A stretch of 64,000 nucleotides of DNA from the human T2T-CHM13v2.0 reference genome, Homo sapiens: NCBI RefSeq assembly GCF_009914755.1, contig NC_060927.1. One strand, 5' to 3'. The position numbers and the translations under genes are program-made. Each line of letters opens with the position of its first letter. The stretch's first letter is position 1. The notes beneath the pieces are model-generated. The model was not told the DNA's origin. It was given only the letters and a program-made list of their open reading frames with translations, and searched no databases. Below, piece by piece: positions 25,920-39,600 of the stretch.

Positions 25920-28900
25920 TATCCTATGGTGAAGTCTTCTGCAATGTATTTTTCTGGTGTTTGCTGAGCCTCTTGTATCTATGTGTCCATATATATCTTT
26001 CAAGGCAAGAAAGTTTTTATCAGTTATTTCCTTAGATATGTTTTCAAATGTTTTGCTTTTGACTCAGTAATACCAATAATTTGTAAGTTTAGTCATTAGG
26101 CAGTTCTGTGCTTCCTGATAGCTTTGTTTGCTCATTTTTATTTATTTTTATCTGGCTGGGTTAATTCAAAAGACCTGTCTTCAAGTTCTGAGATTCTGCT
26201 TGGTTTAGCCTATTGTTGAAACTTTTACTTTTAGTCTGTAATTTCTTCAATGACTTTTTCATTTCCGAAAGTCCTTTTTTGTTGTTTCTTTTCTTTCTTT
26301 CTTTCTTTTTTAAGACTATCTATGTCTTTGGTAAATTTCTCTTTATATCCTGAATTGATTTTCTGATTTCTATGTACTGGTTTTTAGATTTCTCTTGGAT
26401 CTCGTTGAGCTTCTTTAAAATAAATATTTTTAATTTTTATCTGGAATTTCACAAACTTCATTTTGGTTAGGATCCACAGCTAGAGTTAGTGTTGATCTTT
26501 TGAGATTCACTCTGCTTTTGCATACTTCAAGTATTGTTACATTTGTTCTTTTATTTTTGCATATGGAGAAAGAACCACTTCTTATTTTTGAATTTACTTT
26601 CATTTGGACAGGATTTGTTTTCTTCTTCTCTTCTTAAGAATGCAACTATAATATATTTTAAGTAGTACAGTTTGCTTTGCTGATGTGCGTACTCAGTTGA
26701 AAAAAGTGTGTAAAAATTGTTTTACTTATAGATAGCCTTCATGTGGTGGCTTTCTCAAATGTTAGCTGTATTATTGGTGTACTGAATGGGTGAGAAGACT
26801 CATAGCCTCCTGAGACTCCATGCTGGTGGAGGTCATGAGAAGCTTATCTCATTCCTAAGCACTGTGCATTTATGTCCAGAATTTGTAGTGGGTTGTTAGG
26901 TTGACTTCCAGGATAGTAGGTGGCACTCACAGGTAAGAGCTGGCTGCTGTGGTACCTGTAGGATTTATGCTTAATTGTTTACTAGAAGAAGTTCTCTGGT
27001 GCCCCAGGCAATAAGCTGATCTGTAGAATACGCAGTGGTCTCTGTCCCGTGTTTAGCCTCAGAGAATGAGGGTGTAGCTGGGCAGAGCTGGACCAGGCAA
27101 ACTCACACTCAGGCTCCCCAGTGTCGGGTGCAAGCACCCTCACAGGAATGGCAGGGAAGTCATCACGTCCCTGGTGAAATGACCAGAGGTCTCTGCATAG
27201 TGAAGAGAGGGACTGCTCTAGCACCATAGCCTAGGCAGGAGGGAGTGTTATCAGTCTTCCTGTCACACCCCATCCCAGCACATGGGATATCAGTTTAATC
27301 AGACACTGCTGTTTGTTTATAGGCTGCAATGTAGCTAAGAGAGCTATAGGAGATGCCAGCTCCCTGGCTCAACAATGAACATCTGTGCCATCTGGTAGTG
27401 GCTGCGGTGCAGAGTCTTCCACCACACCCCCAAACACACAGCTATCTGGTACTCCTGCTTTTCATTGCAGCAACACTGCAGCTCTGTGCAGAGGAGGGGA
27501 GGGACCATTCTCTTCTCTCAAATCCAGAAGTGAAGGTGACTCTGACAGTGGGGTTGCAGTCTCCCCTCACAGCCCCAGATAGGCTTCCTTCCAATTTGCC
27601 TATATCAAACTTCATATGGGAGCAGTAGCTGCTATGTCTCTAGCAGTGTGGCAAGTGGAAAGAGAAGTTCCCCTCTCTAAGCCTGGTTTTGAGCACAGAG
27701 TCCATTTGGCTGGTGGGATGGGATTTCCTTCTCACTTGCCAAGCCAGGCATAGAGTTGTATCCCTGTTGGAACTGGGGCCACCCCTCACAGCCCCAAGCA
27801 GGGAGCTCTCAGGCACTGGAAAGTGTATGTTTTGGTTTCTTTTGGCCCAGGAGTTTTCTTCTTGGTGCATTGCACTTTCTCTTCCCATAGGAGTGGCAGT
27901 CCCTGAGGGCTAGATTACTGGAAACCCTGCAGCTCATTTGATTCCTGCCAGCACTGTGCGGCTGCAGCCATCTGAGTGGGTACTGGGTAATGTCAGCAGA
28001 ACCTCCTGGGATAGGCAACAAAGGTTGACGTTCTCTGAGCAAGATACAGTCTCCTTATGGCTGTGCTCTTACAATGGCATCCTGGCCCAGCCACTCAAGT
28101 CTTGGGGCAGAGTGAGTAATGCAATGTGCGTTTATGGTCTGGTGTAATACCCTCCAGACATCCCTAAATCACTGCCAACACTAGTGTTTGGGTGTGCAAA
28201 GGTAGAGGAGCTCTCTCACAGTTTGGATACTGGCAGACCACAGCTAGGATGACAGGAGCCAAAATAGTCTCATTTACTTTTTCCACTTAGCGCTAAGTCC
28301 TCTGGGGCTTACGTCAATCTTTGCCAGCTGAGTTGGCCTCTCATTTCCTTCTTTTCCTGCGCAGGATTTTTCCTGTGAATTCTCCACTGGGCTCTAGTAT
28401 TCTGTTCTTGATATCCTTTTGGAGTTAAAATTATCTATTGATGCTGTTTGTTCTTCTTTGTGAGAACAACTGGCATCTGATATCTCTAGTCAGCAGTCTT
28501 TCTCATTACCATAATGAATCTTTTTTTTCTTTTCTTCAGAAAAGAAGCAGCTCTAGTTTGGCAACTGAGTTTGAGAGCCGAGATTTTTTTAAAGAAGAAT
28601 TTGAAAGAAAGATGAACTGTTAGTCACATCAGGAAAAATTCCAGTGCTGTGATTACTATGATCCATGCACAGCAGTAGACACCCAGATATCCCTGGTTTG
28701 ACAGTCAGAGTGCACAGAGAGATTTATTGCTGGAATGAGCAGTTCCCCTGACATTGGTATTGAGCTCTAGCTGATCAAACATCAATGACTATAGGCTGTA
28801 ACCTTATCCTGGGCACTGCTTTGTAAGAGATGATGAGTAATGACGTAGTGAAATATTTTATGGAATTTTGTTTTATATAATTCACATACTTCGTAAGAGG

Positions 28901-29459
28901 GTTGTATTGATTTCTCTCTGTATAATTTGGGGTCATTGAGACTAGGGTCTGGTAAGTTGGAGAGTCAGGCATTGGACTGAGCAAATCAATAGAAATACTT
29001 CTTCGTATGGGGGTTAAGAATCATGTTAAGAAAAGAGTGTGAGATCCACTTCTTAAATAATATTTATATGAGCTCTACGTTCAAAAGCAGAATCCCAACT
29101 TGAACTAGCTTTTCTGTTCCACTAAAAAACATGAGCAATACTTCCATTAGGATAGCTAACTAATCGGATGGGACAACCAACTTTTTACTTAGCTCCTCCA
29201 AAATCACCCTAAAACAGTCTTTAAATAGTTTTTCCAAGAATTTGAGGGAAACAGTGTTCAGACAAGAAGCTCTAATTTTATTTCAAATTTGAAACTAAAA
29301 ATTGTATTTTAGCCCTACTTTTGTTCTAAGTAATTCACTGGGTTTGTGTAAATCACTGTCATATGTTTGCAAAGCACTCCTGATAAGCAAGAGTTATTTT
29401 ACTCACTTTCTTGGTAGCAAGAAAAATGCATCCCTGGTAAATTAAATCAATGAATGGAA

Positions 29460-30075
29460 AGAACACCAACTTTTAATCAGAACAAACATAACTTCAAATC
29501 TAGGCTTAACTAGCTGCATGACTTTGAGTATGTTACTTTACTTCACCAGCTCTCAGTTTTGCCACAAAGTGAGAATTTTAAAAATGTTTATTTTCATGCA
29601 CGAGCATGTGAAGAGACCACCAAACAGGCTTTGTGTGAGCAATAAAGCTTTTTGATCACCTGGGTGCAGGCGGGCTGAATCTGAAAAGAGAGTCAGCCAA
29701 GGGAGATGGGGTGGGGCCGTTTTATAGGATTTGGGTAGGTAAAGGAAAAAGGGGGGTTGTTCTCTGGTGGGCAGGAATGGGGGGTCACAAAGTGCTCAGT
29801 AGGGGAGCTTTTGAGCCAGGATGAGCCAGGAGAAGGAATTTCACAAGATAATGTCTCAGTTAAGGCAGGAACAGGCCATTTTCACTTCTTTTGTGGTGGA
29901 ATGTCATCAGTTAAGGCAGGAACCGGCCATCTGGATGTGTACGTGCTGGTCACAGGGGATATGATGGCTTAGCTTGGGCCCAGAGGCCTGACATTTATGT
30001 GTTGGAATTTTGAAATATTACTTGGGTATAACATAAATAAAAGTTTGGCTCATAGTAACAACTGATTAATATAAA
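29460..30075 (+). mobile_element. MIR, split by the solo LTR7
   Basis: MIR core TTCAAATCTAGGCTTAACTAGCTGCATGACTTTGAG...CTCAGTTTT on the left and 3' end TGGCTCATAGTAA on the right. Confidence 0.6.
29592..29993 (-). mobile_element. Solo LTR7 (HERV-H), independent insertion
   Basis: Complete termini; own 5-bp TSD TTTAT at 29587-29591 and 29994-29998. Confidence 0.97.
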
Positions 30076-30379
30076 TTTAGTTTACTTTTTGTATTTTTTT
30101 CCTGAGAGAGATAGACAGAAAAATCATAGGGCTCGAGGGAAAATAGATAGCAATGCAGTCCTAGATCACTGGAAAAGAAAATGAGAATAATGTGGAACCA
30201 CATTTTAGGATTTCCTATATAAAGGTGGAGCAGAAGTGAGAATGAGAATTGTTCAGGTCATACATGAAGTGGAAAATGACTGCGCATCATCCACTTTGCC
30301 TGACTTCCAGGAACTCACATGTTGTGGAAGAGCTCTAGTGTTCCATTTACAACTAAGTACTAGTTTCTTGATGTAAGTT

Positions 30380-32600
30380 TTCATAAAATAAAATTTCACT
30401 TATAAGTTAGAAAATGTGAGTGATTAATATATTTTATTTTCACTTTTTATGTCAGTTTTGTAAAATTGTGCTTCATTAAGAATTTGAGTATTTAATTTTT
30501 CAAATTTCATGACATAAATTGTGGATAGTATCTTACTAAATTATTTTATTTTTGTAAGATCTTTAGTTACGTCTCTTTTTCCCATCTAAATATTAATAAT
30601 GTTTGCCTTTATTCTCTTGTTTTTCTTGCCCTCTCTTTTTAGAGATCTATACATTTTCTTAGACTTTTCAAAAACTTGTTTTTATAAATTTTCTTTTTGG
30701 TATGTCTATCTATACTTCAATTAATTTCTACTCTCGTCCTTATTATTTTCTCTCATCTATTAAATACATCGGAGGGGTGAGGGAATTATTTTACTATTAT
30801 TTTCCTGATCTCTAGAAATGATATTTCCTGATCTCTAGAAATCTCTAGATTTCTGATTTTCAGATTTTCTTAATTTCTAATGTGAATTAAGTTTTAACAG
30901 AGCTTTAGCTACATCTAGTACCTTTTGACATATCGTATTTCTCATTCATTTAGTTTAAAATATATTCTAATTTTCTTTGACACCTGGGATACTTTAATAC
31001 ATATTGCTTAACTTTCAATTATTTGAGAACTTTTTAATTTTTTTTGTTATTGAGTTTTAGTTTAACTCAAACTAAATGTAGCAGATAACATTTTCTGAAT
31101 TATTTTAAACTTTGAAGCTTGTTGAGACTGGCTTTTTGACTCAGTCCATGGCCAATTTTGTTTAATGTTCCATATACACTTGAGAAATAATAAAGATGTA
31201 TTATGTAATCATTCCATATAGTATTTAATTTTTATCAATTAGATTGTATTTATTAATCCAATTGTTAAGAACTTCTAAATACAGAGTTTTTATCTGTTTA
31301 GAACATAGTTTTGTTCTACTACTTTTTGAAAAATGTGTGATAAAGTTTTTGAAAAATGTGTGATAAATGTATAATTAAATTATACACTTTAATAATTGCT
31401 AGTGTATATGTATTCACATATTTATACATGATATATAATATATATATAGAGAGAGACAGAGACAGAGAGAAGTGAACATAACATAACATAAATATCAATT
31501 TTAGTACATTTTCATAACGTGCACCCACCATGTACTCAGCTACCAGATCAAGAGTGAAATATTATCAGCACTCAAAAAGTTAATTTTGTTCTCCCTTCCA
31601 GTCACTATTTCCTAAAGAGTAACCACAGTTCTGCCTTCTAATAGCATATGAACACTTTGCATGTGTTTTTAATGTTTTAAAATGAAAGGAATCATACTGT
31701 GCGTTCTTTTGTCTGTGGCTTCTTTGGTTCCACATTATGCTTTGAGGCTAAACCACAGCAGTGGTAGTTGTTATAGATCATTTATTGTGATTGTTGTATA
31801 CTATTTCACTTTGTGAATATACTATCATTTATTTGAATGCTGATGGAAATTTGAGTTATTTCCAATTTGGGTTATTTCCAGTAATACTGTGATAAATATT
31901 TCAATATTAGCCTTTTGGTAAGCATGTGTGTATAAATTTGGGGTGAATATATACCTAAAAGTAGAAGTGATGGGTCCTGGAGTTCAGCTTCAGCAGATAT
32001 TGTGAAAGAGTGCTACAGGGTGGCTGTATCAATTTATACTCTTCTTCAGCAGAGCATGAGAGTTCTGGTTGTTCTGCAATGCTCAAGAGTGATTACTTTC
32101 TGACTTTTTCATTTTAGCCATTCTGGTAGTCATGTAGTGGTTTCTCATTGAGTCTTCAATTTGCATTGCCAGTGAAGTTTAACAACTATTTATATTCGAA
32201 TAGCCTCTTTTGTGAGATGTCTGCTCATCTCCTTGGCCCATTATAAACACTGATTTGTAAGAGTTCTATATTCTGAATATAGGTCTTTTGTTAAATATAA
32301 GAATAGTGAATATAGTCTCCCATTTCATGGGCTGCCTGTTAATTCTACTAATAATGTCTTTTGGTAAATATAAATTATTTTCGTATAATGTAGCCATTTA
32401 TATTTCCCCCCCATGTGGATAGAACTTCGGGGGTTCCATTAAGAAATATTTTCCCACATTAAGAAAATTGTCTTCTGTTTTTCTATAAATGGTTTATTAT
32501 TTTACATGCCATATTTAATATTCAACTCATCTGGAATTTATATCTTGTTTATGATATTAAATGAGAGCCAAAACACATAATTGCATATGGCTACTTCATT
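30380..32600 (-). mobile_element. Old L1M (MC/ME-type) ORF2 and 3' end fragments
   Basis: Reverse L1 motifs (TTTAGCCATTCTGGTAG, ATATACCTAAAAGTAGAAGT, ACCAGATCAAGA). Boundaries are approximate. Confidence 0.65.
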
Positions 32601-35600
32601 ACAGTGTTATATTTTTGATTATTTGTAAGTTATAATCCAAAGACCCTGATATGAGATCAATATTAGGATATTTGAAAGACTTTTTTCAGATTTAGGAATT
32701 CTCTAGTTTTTCTTAAAAATACACACAGTGGGACTGCTAGAGAGATGATAGTGTTATATTTAAAATCCCCAGAAATATGGTGAAGAAACCAACAAAATAC
32801 ATATGTACCAATAATTTGAGGGAAAGATATCTCAATGAAACTTTAAATATAAATGGTTGAAGACAAAGCAGTAATGGTTAAATAAGTACTATAAATATTT
32901 GTGTGTGTGTGAAACAGAAAGAATGAATAAGATACCTTAAGAAGCTAAGGCTAACAGAACACAAGCAGAAAACAGGCACTCAATGCAAAGATCAGAGAAG
33001 TAGTTTGAATACAGTAGCTGAAACTAAAAGGCTATTGCACACTGAGAGAAGTTCATGGTAAGGTCTGAAGGAGCTGAAGCAATCTATGCTCTCCCTGTGA
33101 AGTGTCCAAACCATGAAGCCAAGGCTACCTTCTCAAAGCCAAGAACTGAAGAGAGACTACTGTGATTTGGATCCATATGAACAGCATAAGACAAAAGAAG
33201 GAAAAGGCTCAGACAAAAATGAGGAAGGAAACCAATGCCTGGAGATATCTGCAAGAATAAAACCCATATTTTTGATCCCTTCACAAAAGTAAGAGAAATG
33301 ATAATGTTGAAGTGCAAAGCTAAACAATTATCTTGACCCAACCCTCCTTCTTAAAGTTCAGGAAAATTAAAATTACATAAAATTTGGGAATAAAAATGTT
33401 GTGTTTGCTTTCCGTGGAAACATACTGCAAGAAAAAAGTTGGAGGAGAAGGAAGAAGCCACATAACAGATCTGTAGACAGAAAAATGGAAAACCAAACAG
33501 ATGAAACTATAACCTACTATTCCAAAATGGGCTAAAATGGACAAGAAAATAAAGAGAAAACATGAAAGAACAGTACAGATTGCCATCAGTAAAAACTCAG
33601 AAATGAAATCACAAAAATCAAAAAATAATTAAACGGAAAATATTTCAAAAATCAGTATTAAACTAAAAAGAGAATTAAAACTAGATAATTCCTCAACATA
33701 AATAAAAGATGAATAGAAAGAATACTAAAAGCAAAAAAGAAATGACGTCTCAGATAAGCATTGAAAAAAAGTAGCAAAGGAAGTATATATTCAAAGAAAA
33801 TCTAACGTATGTATAATGCAAATTCTCAAAAAGAAAAAGGAAATAAATATTAATAATAAAACTTCAGGAAACTGGAAAGTCACTAGCATGATTAACATGG
33901 AGACTTAGTCTAGTAAAAAATAATAATAAACTTTAAAATTAGTCTTTAGATAGCCAAACAAAAAGAGGAAATCAATTGTAAAGAAGATAAAATTATCTTG
34001 TCATCAAACTTCTTAAATTGGAGTTGTTTATGTCAGATGCCACTGCTTAACCAAGGAAACATATTCATAGAAAGAATAAATGAATCAATTATATTACATC
34101 CTTCTAAACTGATTTTCAAAATAAAACTTCATTTATAGTTATGAAAATGAAAATCCCAGAAAATTCTATTTCCATGAGATTCTTATAATGAATCTGCTAG
34201 AGGATGAGCTTCAGATTACCCAAAACTTTCGGAAGATATATATTAAAAGTCTATGAGTATTATATTTATCTACATATCTATTTTACCTATCTATGTATTA
34301 ATATCTATATGTGTTTGTGTGTGCGTCATCTAGAAGAATAAATTATAAAGTATTTGCTTTGGCAAAAGATATAGTTGAATTATTACAAAATAAGAGAATA
34401 AGGAAAGTTTGTCAAAATATGTAATAGCAATTATTACCTGGAGGTAAAATACTTTAACTTTATATGCTGTGTAAGAGGTTGGAGCAGGGAAAGAAAAGTT
34501 TATTTGTTGATTTCAATCTTGTTCTCAGTAAAGCACTAGTAAAAAAAATTATTAAAGGGATGTCATAAAATGGTGTTATTGTTAAACATAAAAATAAAAA
34601 CACAAAAATCCATAAAACAAACCATATATTACAATAGGATATGCTACTTTCTACCTAAAGAGTGGTATTGTATAGCTATTTACTTTTCTTAAAAATTGAT
34701 AGGAAGAAAAAAATGATAAAACAATCAATCAAACAATAATTTAGCTTGTAAAAGTGAAAGAGAATAGAGTAGAGAAAACAGGGAAAGAGGTTGAAATTCT
34801 TTAAATATGCCTTATTTTATAAATTGGACTTGGAACTATGTAAATATTTTATGTAAAAATAGAACATTAAATATTTTTAAAATTTCTGAAGTTAACATTA
34901 TAATAAATTAAATGAATTAAATTGGCATGTACTTCAAGGCATAGAAAGGGACTATTCTAAGTGATTCTGAACACATTAATTTGATAATAACCCCACATTA
35001 ATTGGATAATGTATTACATTGAATTACAAGAAAAGTTGCAAAATAAAAATTTATATAATTTTTAACAATAATATTAGTAGTAGTGCCAGTAGTATCACTT
35101 TGTTTCCCTGTTTGTAATTTGGGATAAAATTATGAGTAATTATGTCATATTTTAATTCTAATATTTGCAGCACTTTTGCCAACTGAGATTTTTCAGCATT
35201 GAAGAAGGTAGATGAAAATGTAAGATGCAAGAAGTTATGTAAAAGTCTGTAATCCTGACTTTGATTTTAAAATATCCACATAAACGTATTATTATATCAC
35301 TAAAATCTTTATTGATCTATCCAATGAAGAAGGCTAAAACAACAAATAACTCAAAAGTAATGATTATATTCAATTCCCAGATTGTGAGCACATCATAAGG
35401 AATCAAGGAATTTGGAGAAATTGCTGATTTCAGATCTAGGGCAGCAAGTCTGGAATAACTTTACAGATCTGATAGCAAGAAGGTTATCAAAAAGCACTAG
35501 AGATGAGCCAAAAGAATTTAAAAGACAAATTGAAAGAGGCTCTCAATTCAAAATTAAGACAATTTGTGATTCTACACAAGTAACAACTACAGAAGATTCA

Positions 35601-35803
35601 GAATTTCACGTGTGTTTTATCCATTGAATCCATCTGACAATCATTTGAGAAGTATTGGCAACACTTAGAGAAGGATGGTGAATCAACATATTATTTTTAA
35701 AGCTGTTAAATAAGGGGAAAGAATCATGCATTTATCCTTCCCTTCCTATATGAACCATACCACGGGGTAAACAAATAGTTGAAGACAGTATCTCTTTAAC
35801 GTA

Positions 35804-36042
35804 TAGTCATCCCTTTATACATGGGGGATTTGTTTGAAGATTCCTCCCGCACATAGCCAGATCTGTGAATATCTAAGTCCCGCAGTCAGTTAGCCCCGCA
35901 GAACCCACTTTACTGTATGAAAAGTCAGCCCTCTATATAAATGGGCTTCACTTTCCACCACTACTGTACTTTCTGTGTGTGTTATTCTCCATGTATAAGT
36001 GGTCCTGCGCAGCTCAAACCCCTGTTGTTTGAGGGTCAACTG
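35804..36042 (-). mobile_element. MER8 (Tigger-derived MITE)
   Basis: Terminus CAGTTGACCCTCAAACAACAGGGGTTTGAGCTGCGCAGGACCACTTATAC on the minus strand; TA on both flanks; ~240 bp. Confidence 0.88.
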
Positions 36043-36439
36043 TATTCCAGCTAATAAATGAAAATGGAATAATAGAATTAGGATATTGCAATTTTGCTGA
36101 GTGTATGCTATTGTATATATACATGCCAATCTATATGCATTTTATATGCCATTTTGCAACCTTTAAGGGCTTACAGGATTTAGGCCCTGAAGATCAACAG
36201 CTGCTAATAACATAAAAGTAGAGGTAACAAGACATATATGCCCCGATAAAAAAAAAAAAACTCATATTCTCTGAAGTAGTCATGCCAAAAAACAAACCAA
36301 AATGAAAACAATTTCGAATTTGATCAGGACTCTACATTCAGCTTTCATGTTATAGGACATTTGGAGTAGTGAAGACCATTTTAATAAGAATGTAGACAGC
36401 AAAATCTAAACTATGGCAATTCCAAAGGACCATATTTTT

Positions 36440-36607
36440 CTTTTTAAATTTTTAGAGATGGGCTCTCACTCTGTTGCCCAGGCTGGAGTGCAGTGGTGTG
36501 ATCATAGCTCACTGCAGCCTCAAATTCCTGGGCTCAAGGGATCCTCTTGCCTCAGCCTTTTGAGTAGCTGAGATCATGGGGTTGGGGGGAGCCACAGCAC
36601 CCAGCTA
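36440..36607 (-). mobile_element. Alu right-arm monomer (FRAM/AluJ fragment)
   Basis: CTCTGTTGCCCAGGCTGGAGTGCAGTGGTGTGATCATAGCTCACTGCAGCC. Confidence 0.85.
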
Positions 36608-39600
36608 ACATTTCTTAAACAAATAAATTCCAAGAAAAGAGATAGAGACAGAAGGAGGGAGACAGGAAGAGAGAGAGAGAACCTAGAGAGAAGAAAAGAG
36701 ATTTTAAAATATTAAACAATTGTAATATGTGGGCATTATTTAAATCCCGCTTCAAAAAAAAAAAAAAAAATATAAACATAAAAGAAAACATCTCTGACAT
36801 TTATGGGACAACTAAAAATTTGAGCTGTCTGCACAACTGATGATATTAAAAGATTGTTGTTAAATTTTTGGAAGGTTTCATGATGTGACTGTTAAAAAAG
36901 GAGCTCTAATATCCTAGAGACATACAAAAATTTTGACAAATGAAATTATATGATGTTTAATATTTGATTTAAACAATTGGAGATGTGGAAAATGGGTGAA
37001 AATCAGATGAAGCAAATTTGGCCATGAATTGGTAACAGCTGGTTGGTGGTATATGAAGGGACTTTTAATATTCCGTCCACTTTTGCATATGCTTGAAGTG
37101 CTCCATAATAAAAAGTTAAAATAATAATAATGGTAAGTATATATGCCGATCTTGAAACTAGCGGAGTGCACACGTGGCACACATAAAAAACAAACCTATC
37201 TTGTCTTTTTCCCTGGGTCTGCACTCAGGAATTTTAAAATTCATCTTTTTCCAGAAACAAAATCTTTATTTTTTATATGCCATATTTGCTCAGAGCTGTT
37301 CAGACTTTTCTCATGAGACACCAATCATAGCATCTCATTTATTGCTTGTTATTTTTGTCTGTCATTTATAGAGCTTGTCAGCCTTTTACTGTGTTTATTA
37401 CAATAGAGCAAACCTTTTCCCTGGGACCATCTGGAGTTCTGCTCCTTAATAATATTTCTTTCAACACCTACTAGCTCTGAGGTGGTTGTGAGCATGCTCA
37501 TAGGCTAAAATAGGCATCTATTTCATGGCCATGTTCTGTCAAATTCATTTATTTGAACGTTGTGGGATCAATTTGTTATGGACTTTTGGTTAGATCAGTG
37601 TGTTTTAATTGGCACTAGACATGAGCTGGGTATTAAATGTACTCTTGGCATCCCTAATTGCAATACAACTGTTGCCCTATTCTGGTAAACACCTGCTTTA
37701 GAGCAGTCATTCTGTACAAACTTCAAACACGTCTGCCAAGTGTTTCTAACAGACAGCACAAGTCACTAGGCTAGAAATGACAGTCATTTAAAGTCCTGTG
37801 TAATTATGGATCCTCCAAGACTTTAAAAGAAAAAGTTGGCATTTGGGGGAATAACTTGGAAACATTATACAGTCTAGTTTGAATATTAGCTCAGTTCTAC
37901 TAGGCCAAGTGGACTGGTGAGCAAGAAAAGAATTAACTTCTAAAAAATGAAGAAGATAGTGCCATAATTCATTAAGTTTTTAACCAAGATTAGTGATAAG
38001 TTTTCCCTTAGGTTTCATAATGAATTTGATTCTTTAACAGCAATAATTTTTTTCAAATTTTCTATATTAAAAACATTTTTTCTTCAAGATGACTCAACTT
38101 CAGGATCCAAAAAAAAAAGTCAGAAAATTAGATTTCCAGTTACATCAAACCACAAAGTTTATCATTGTCCAATAATGTGAGGTGCACATTTCCTTGTAGT
38201 TAATTTCCTTAATAATTTTACCTTAAGGTCTTCCTCTGTGATGACCTTGGCAATTTTGATCATAGCTAAGGTTATCAAAATATTTACAGTGGGTTGCTAA
38301 GTCCAAGGAGGCAACATTATATTGTATCCTCCGAAGTACAAAGAGTGCTGCTCCTTGCAGTTGTGCAAAATAGTAGCACTGATATTTAGACTATATAGAA
38401 GAAAATACCTATGCCAAAAGGGAACAAATTATCTTAGCATGTTCCACACACCTCTCTGAAATATTCCTTAACACCCCACCTTCTCTAAAAATGAAACCTT
38501 TTCAAACTTCACAGCATGTTTTCTCTTTGATTAAAGACATGGATTTTCACAACAAACTTAATTAAAGGTAAAATGTTTCTGTAACCAAATAGGAGACTGT
38601 GACATTTATATTACAGAAATTTTTGTTTGAAAGTAATTGTTGACTTGTTTCCAAGGCTATGGGGAAGATAAAGTAGAAATTTAAATGGCAGGCTTGAGAA
38701 AAGAAGTCAAATGTAGCCACAAGGCAAATGGCACATGAAGTTTAAAAGCTTTGTTGATGAAAAGAGTCAAACTCTGTAAAATATTCAAGGAGGTTTATTC
38801 TGAACCAAATATGAGTGAGCATGGCCTGTGACAGAGCTCTCAGGAGGTCCTGAGAACATGTCCCCAAGATGGTCGGGGCACAGCTTGCTTTTACATATTT
38901 TAGGGAGGTATGAGATATCAATCAAATACATTTAAGAAATACATTGGTTTCGTTCAGAAAGATGGGACAACTCAAAGTGGGGGCTTCCAGGCTATAGGCA
39001 AATTTAAATATTTTCTTGTTGACAATTGGTTGAGTTTATCTGAAGACCTGGGATCAAAGGCAATGTTCAGGTCAAGATAAAGGATAGTGGAGACCAAATT
39101 TTATTGTACAGAGGAAGCTCTCAGATAGCAGACTTCAGAGAGAGCAGGTTGAAAAATGTTTCTTACCGGACTTAAAAGGGTGACTGGCTCTTAGTTGAAT
39201 TATCTCCTGGATCTGGAAAGGAAGAAAGGAAAACAAAGTGGAAAGGGGATTCTCTATATAGAATGTGGATTTTTCCCACAAGAAACTTTGCAGGGCAATT
39301 TCAAGGTATGTCAAGGAAATACATTTTGGGGTAAAACATTTTGAATTTTTCCCTTGTTATGCCAGAGTCAGATTGGAAAGTAAGTCACAATACACAAGGT
39401 TAAATAAAATCCATCTGATGAGAATTTACGGTTTGTAGGGCATGACACCCCAGACTCCTTAGAAAGGAGTTTGGGCGAGATAAAAAAAAATCAGAGCTTA
39501 GTCCTCAGTGCCCCCGCTTGGCCAAAAAGCATTCCATAGAATGCATGTGCAGGCCAACAACAGCAGCAGGTCCCTCGGCGCTAGGAAGGCTCATTCCTAG

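Larger units (their letters stand above)
16840..28504 (-). mobile_element. L1PB3/4-type LINE-1 with both ends and a large ORF2 deletion near 19570; interrupted by the 430-bp copy and by HERV-H
   Basis: 3'UTR motif GTAGTGGTGAAGTCTGGGCTTTTAGTGTAAC, ORF2 remnants to ~19570, ORF1 remnants on both sides of HERV-H, and a GC-richer 5'UTR (26900-28500) ending CTAGTCAGCAGTCTTTCTC. Confidence 0.85.
32750..37130 (+). mobile_element. Old L1M fragments (ORF1-like to 3'UTR), interrupted by MER8 and an Alu monomer
   Basis: A-rich ORF1-like stretch 33500-34250; 3' end CCATAATAAAAAGTTAAAATAATAAT. Boundaries are approximate. Confidence 0.55.

Noticed and set aside
26982-28147. Cluster of overlapping short ORFs
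   Set aside because: GC-richer L1 5'UTR has fewer stop codons; no recognisable protein.
28640-29000. Possible continuation of the old ERVL-like element (protease-like fragment)
   Set aside because: Similarity is too short and too diverged to support without an HMM search.
37140-38750. 1.6-kb apparently unique segment as an enhancer or exon
   Set aside because: No convincing ORF, splice pair or motif cluster; conservation data would be needed.
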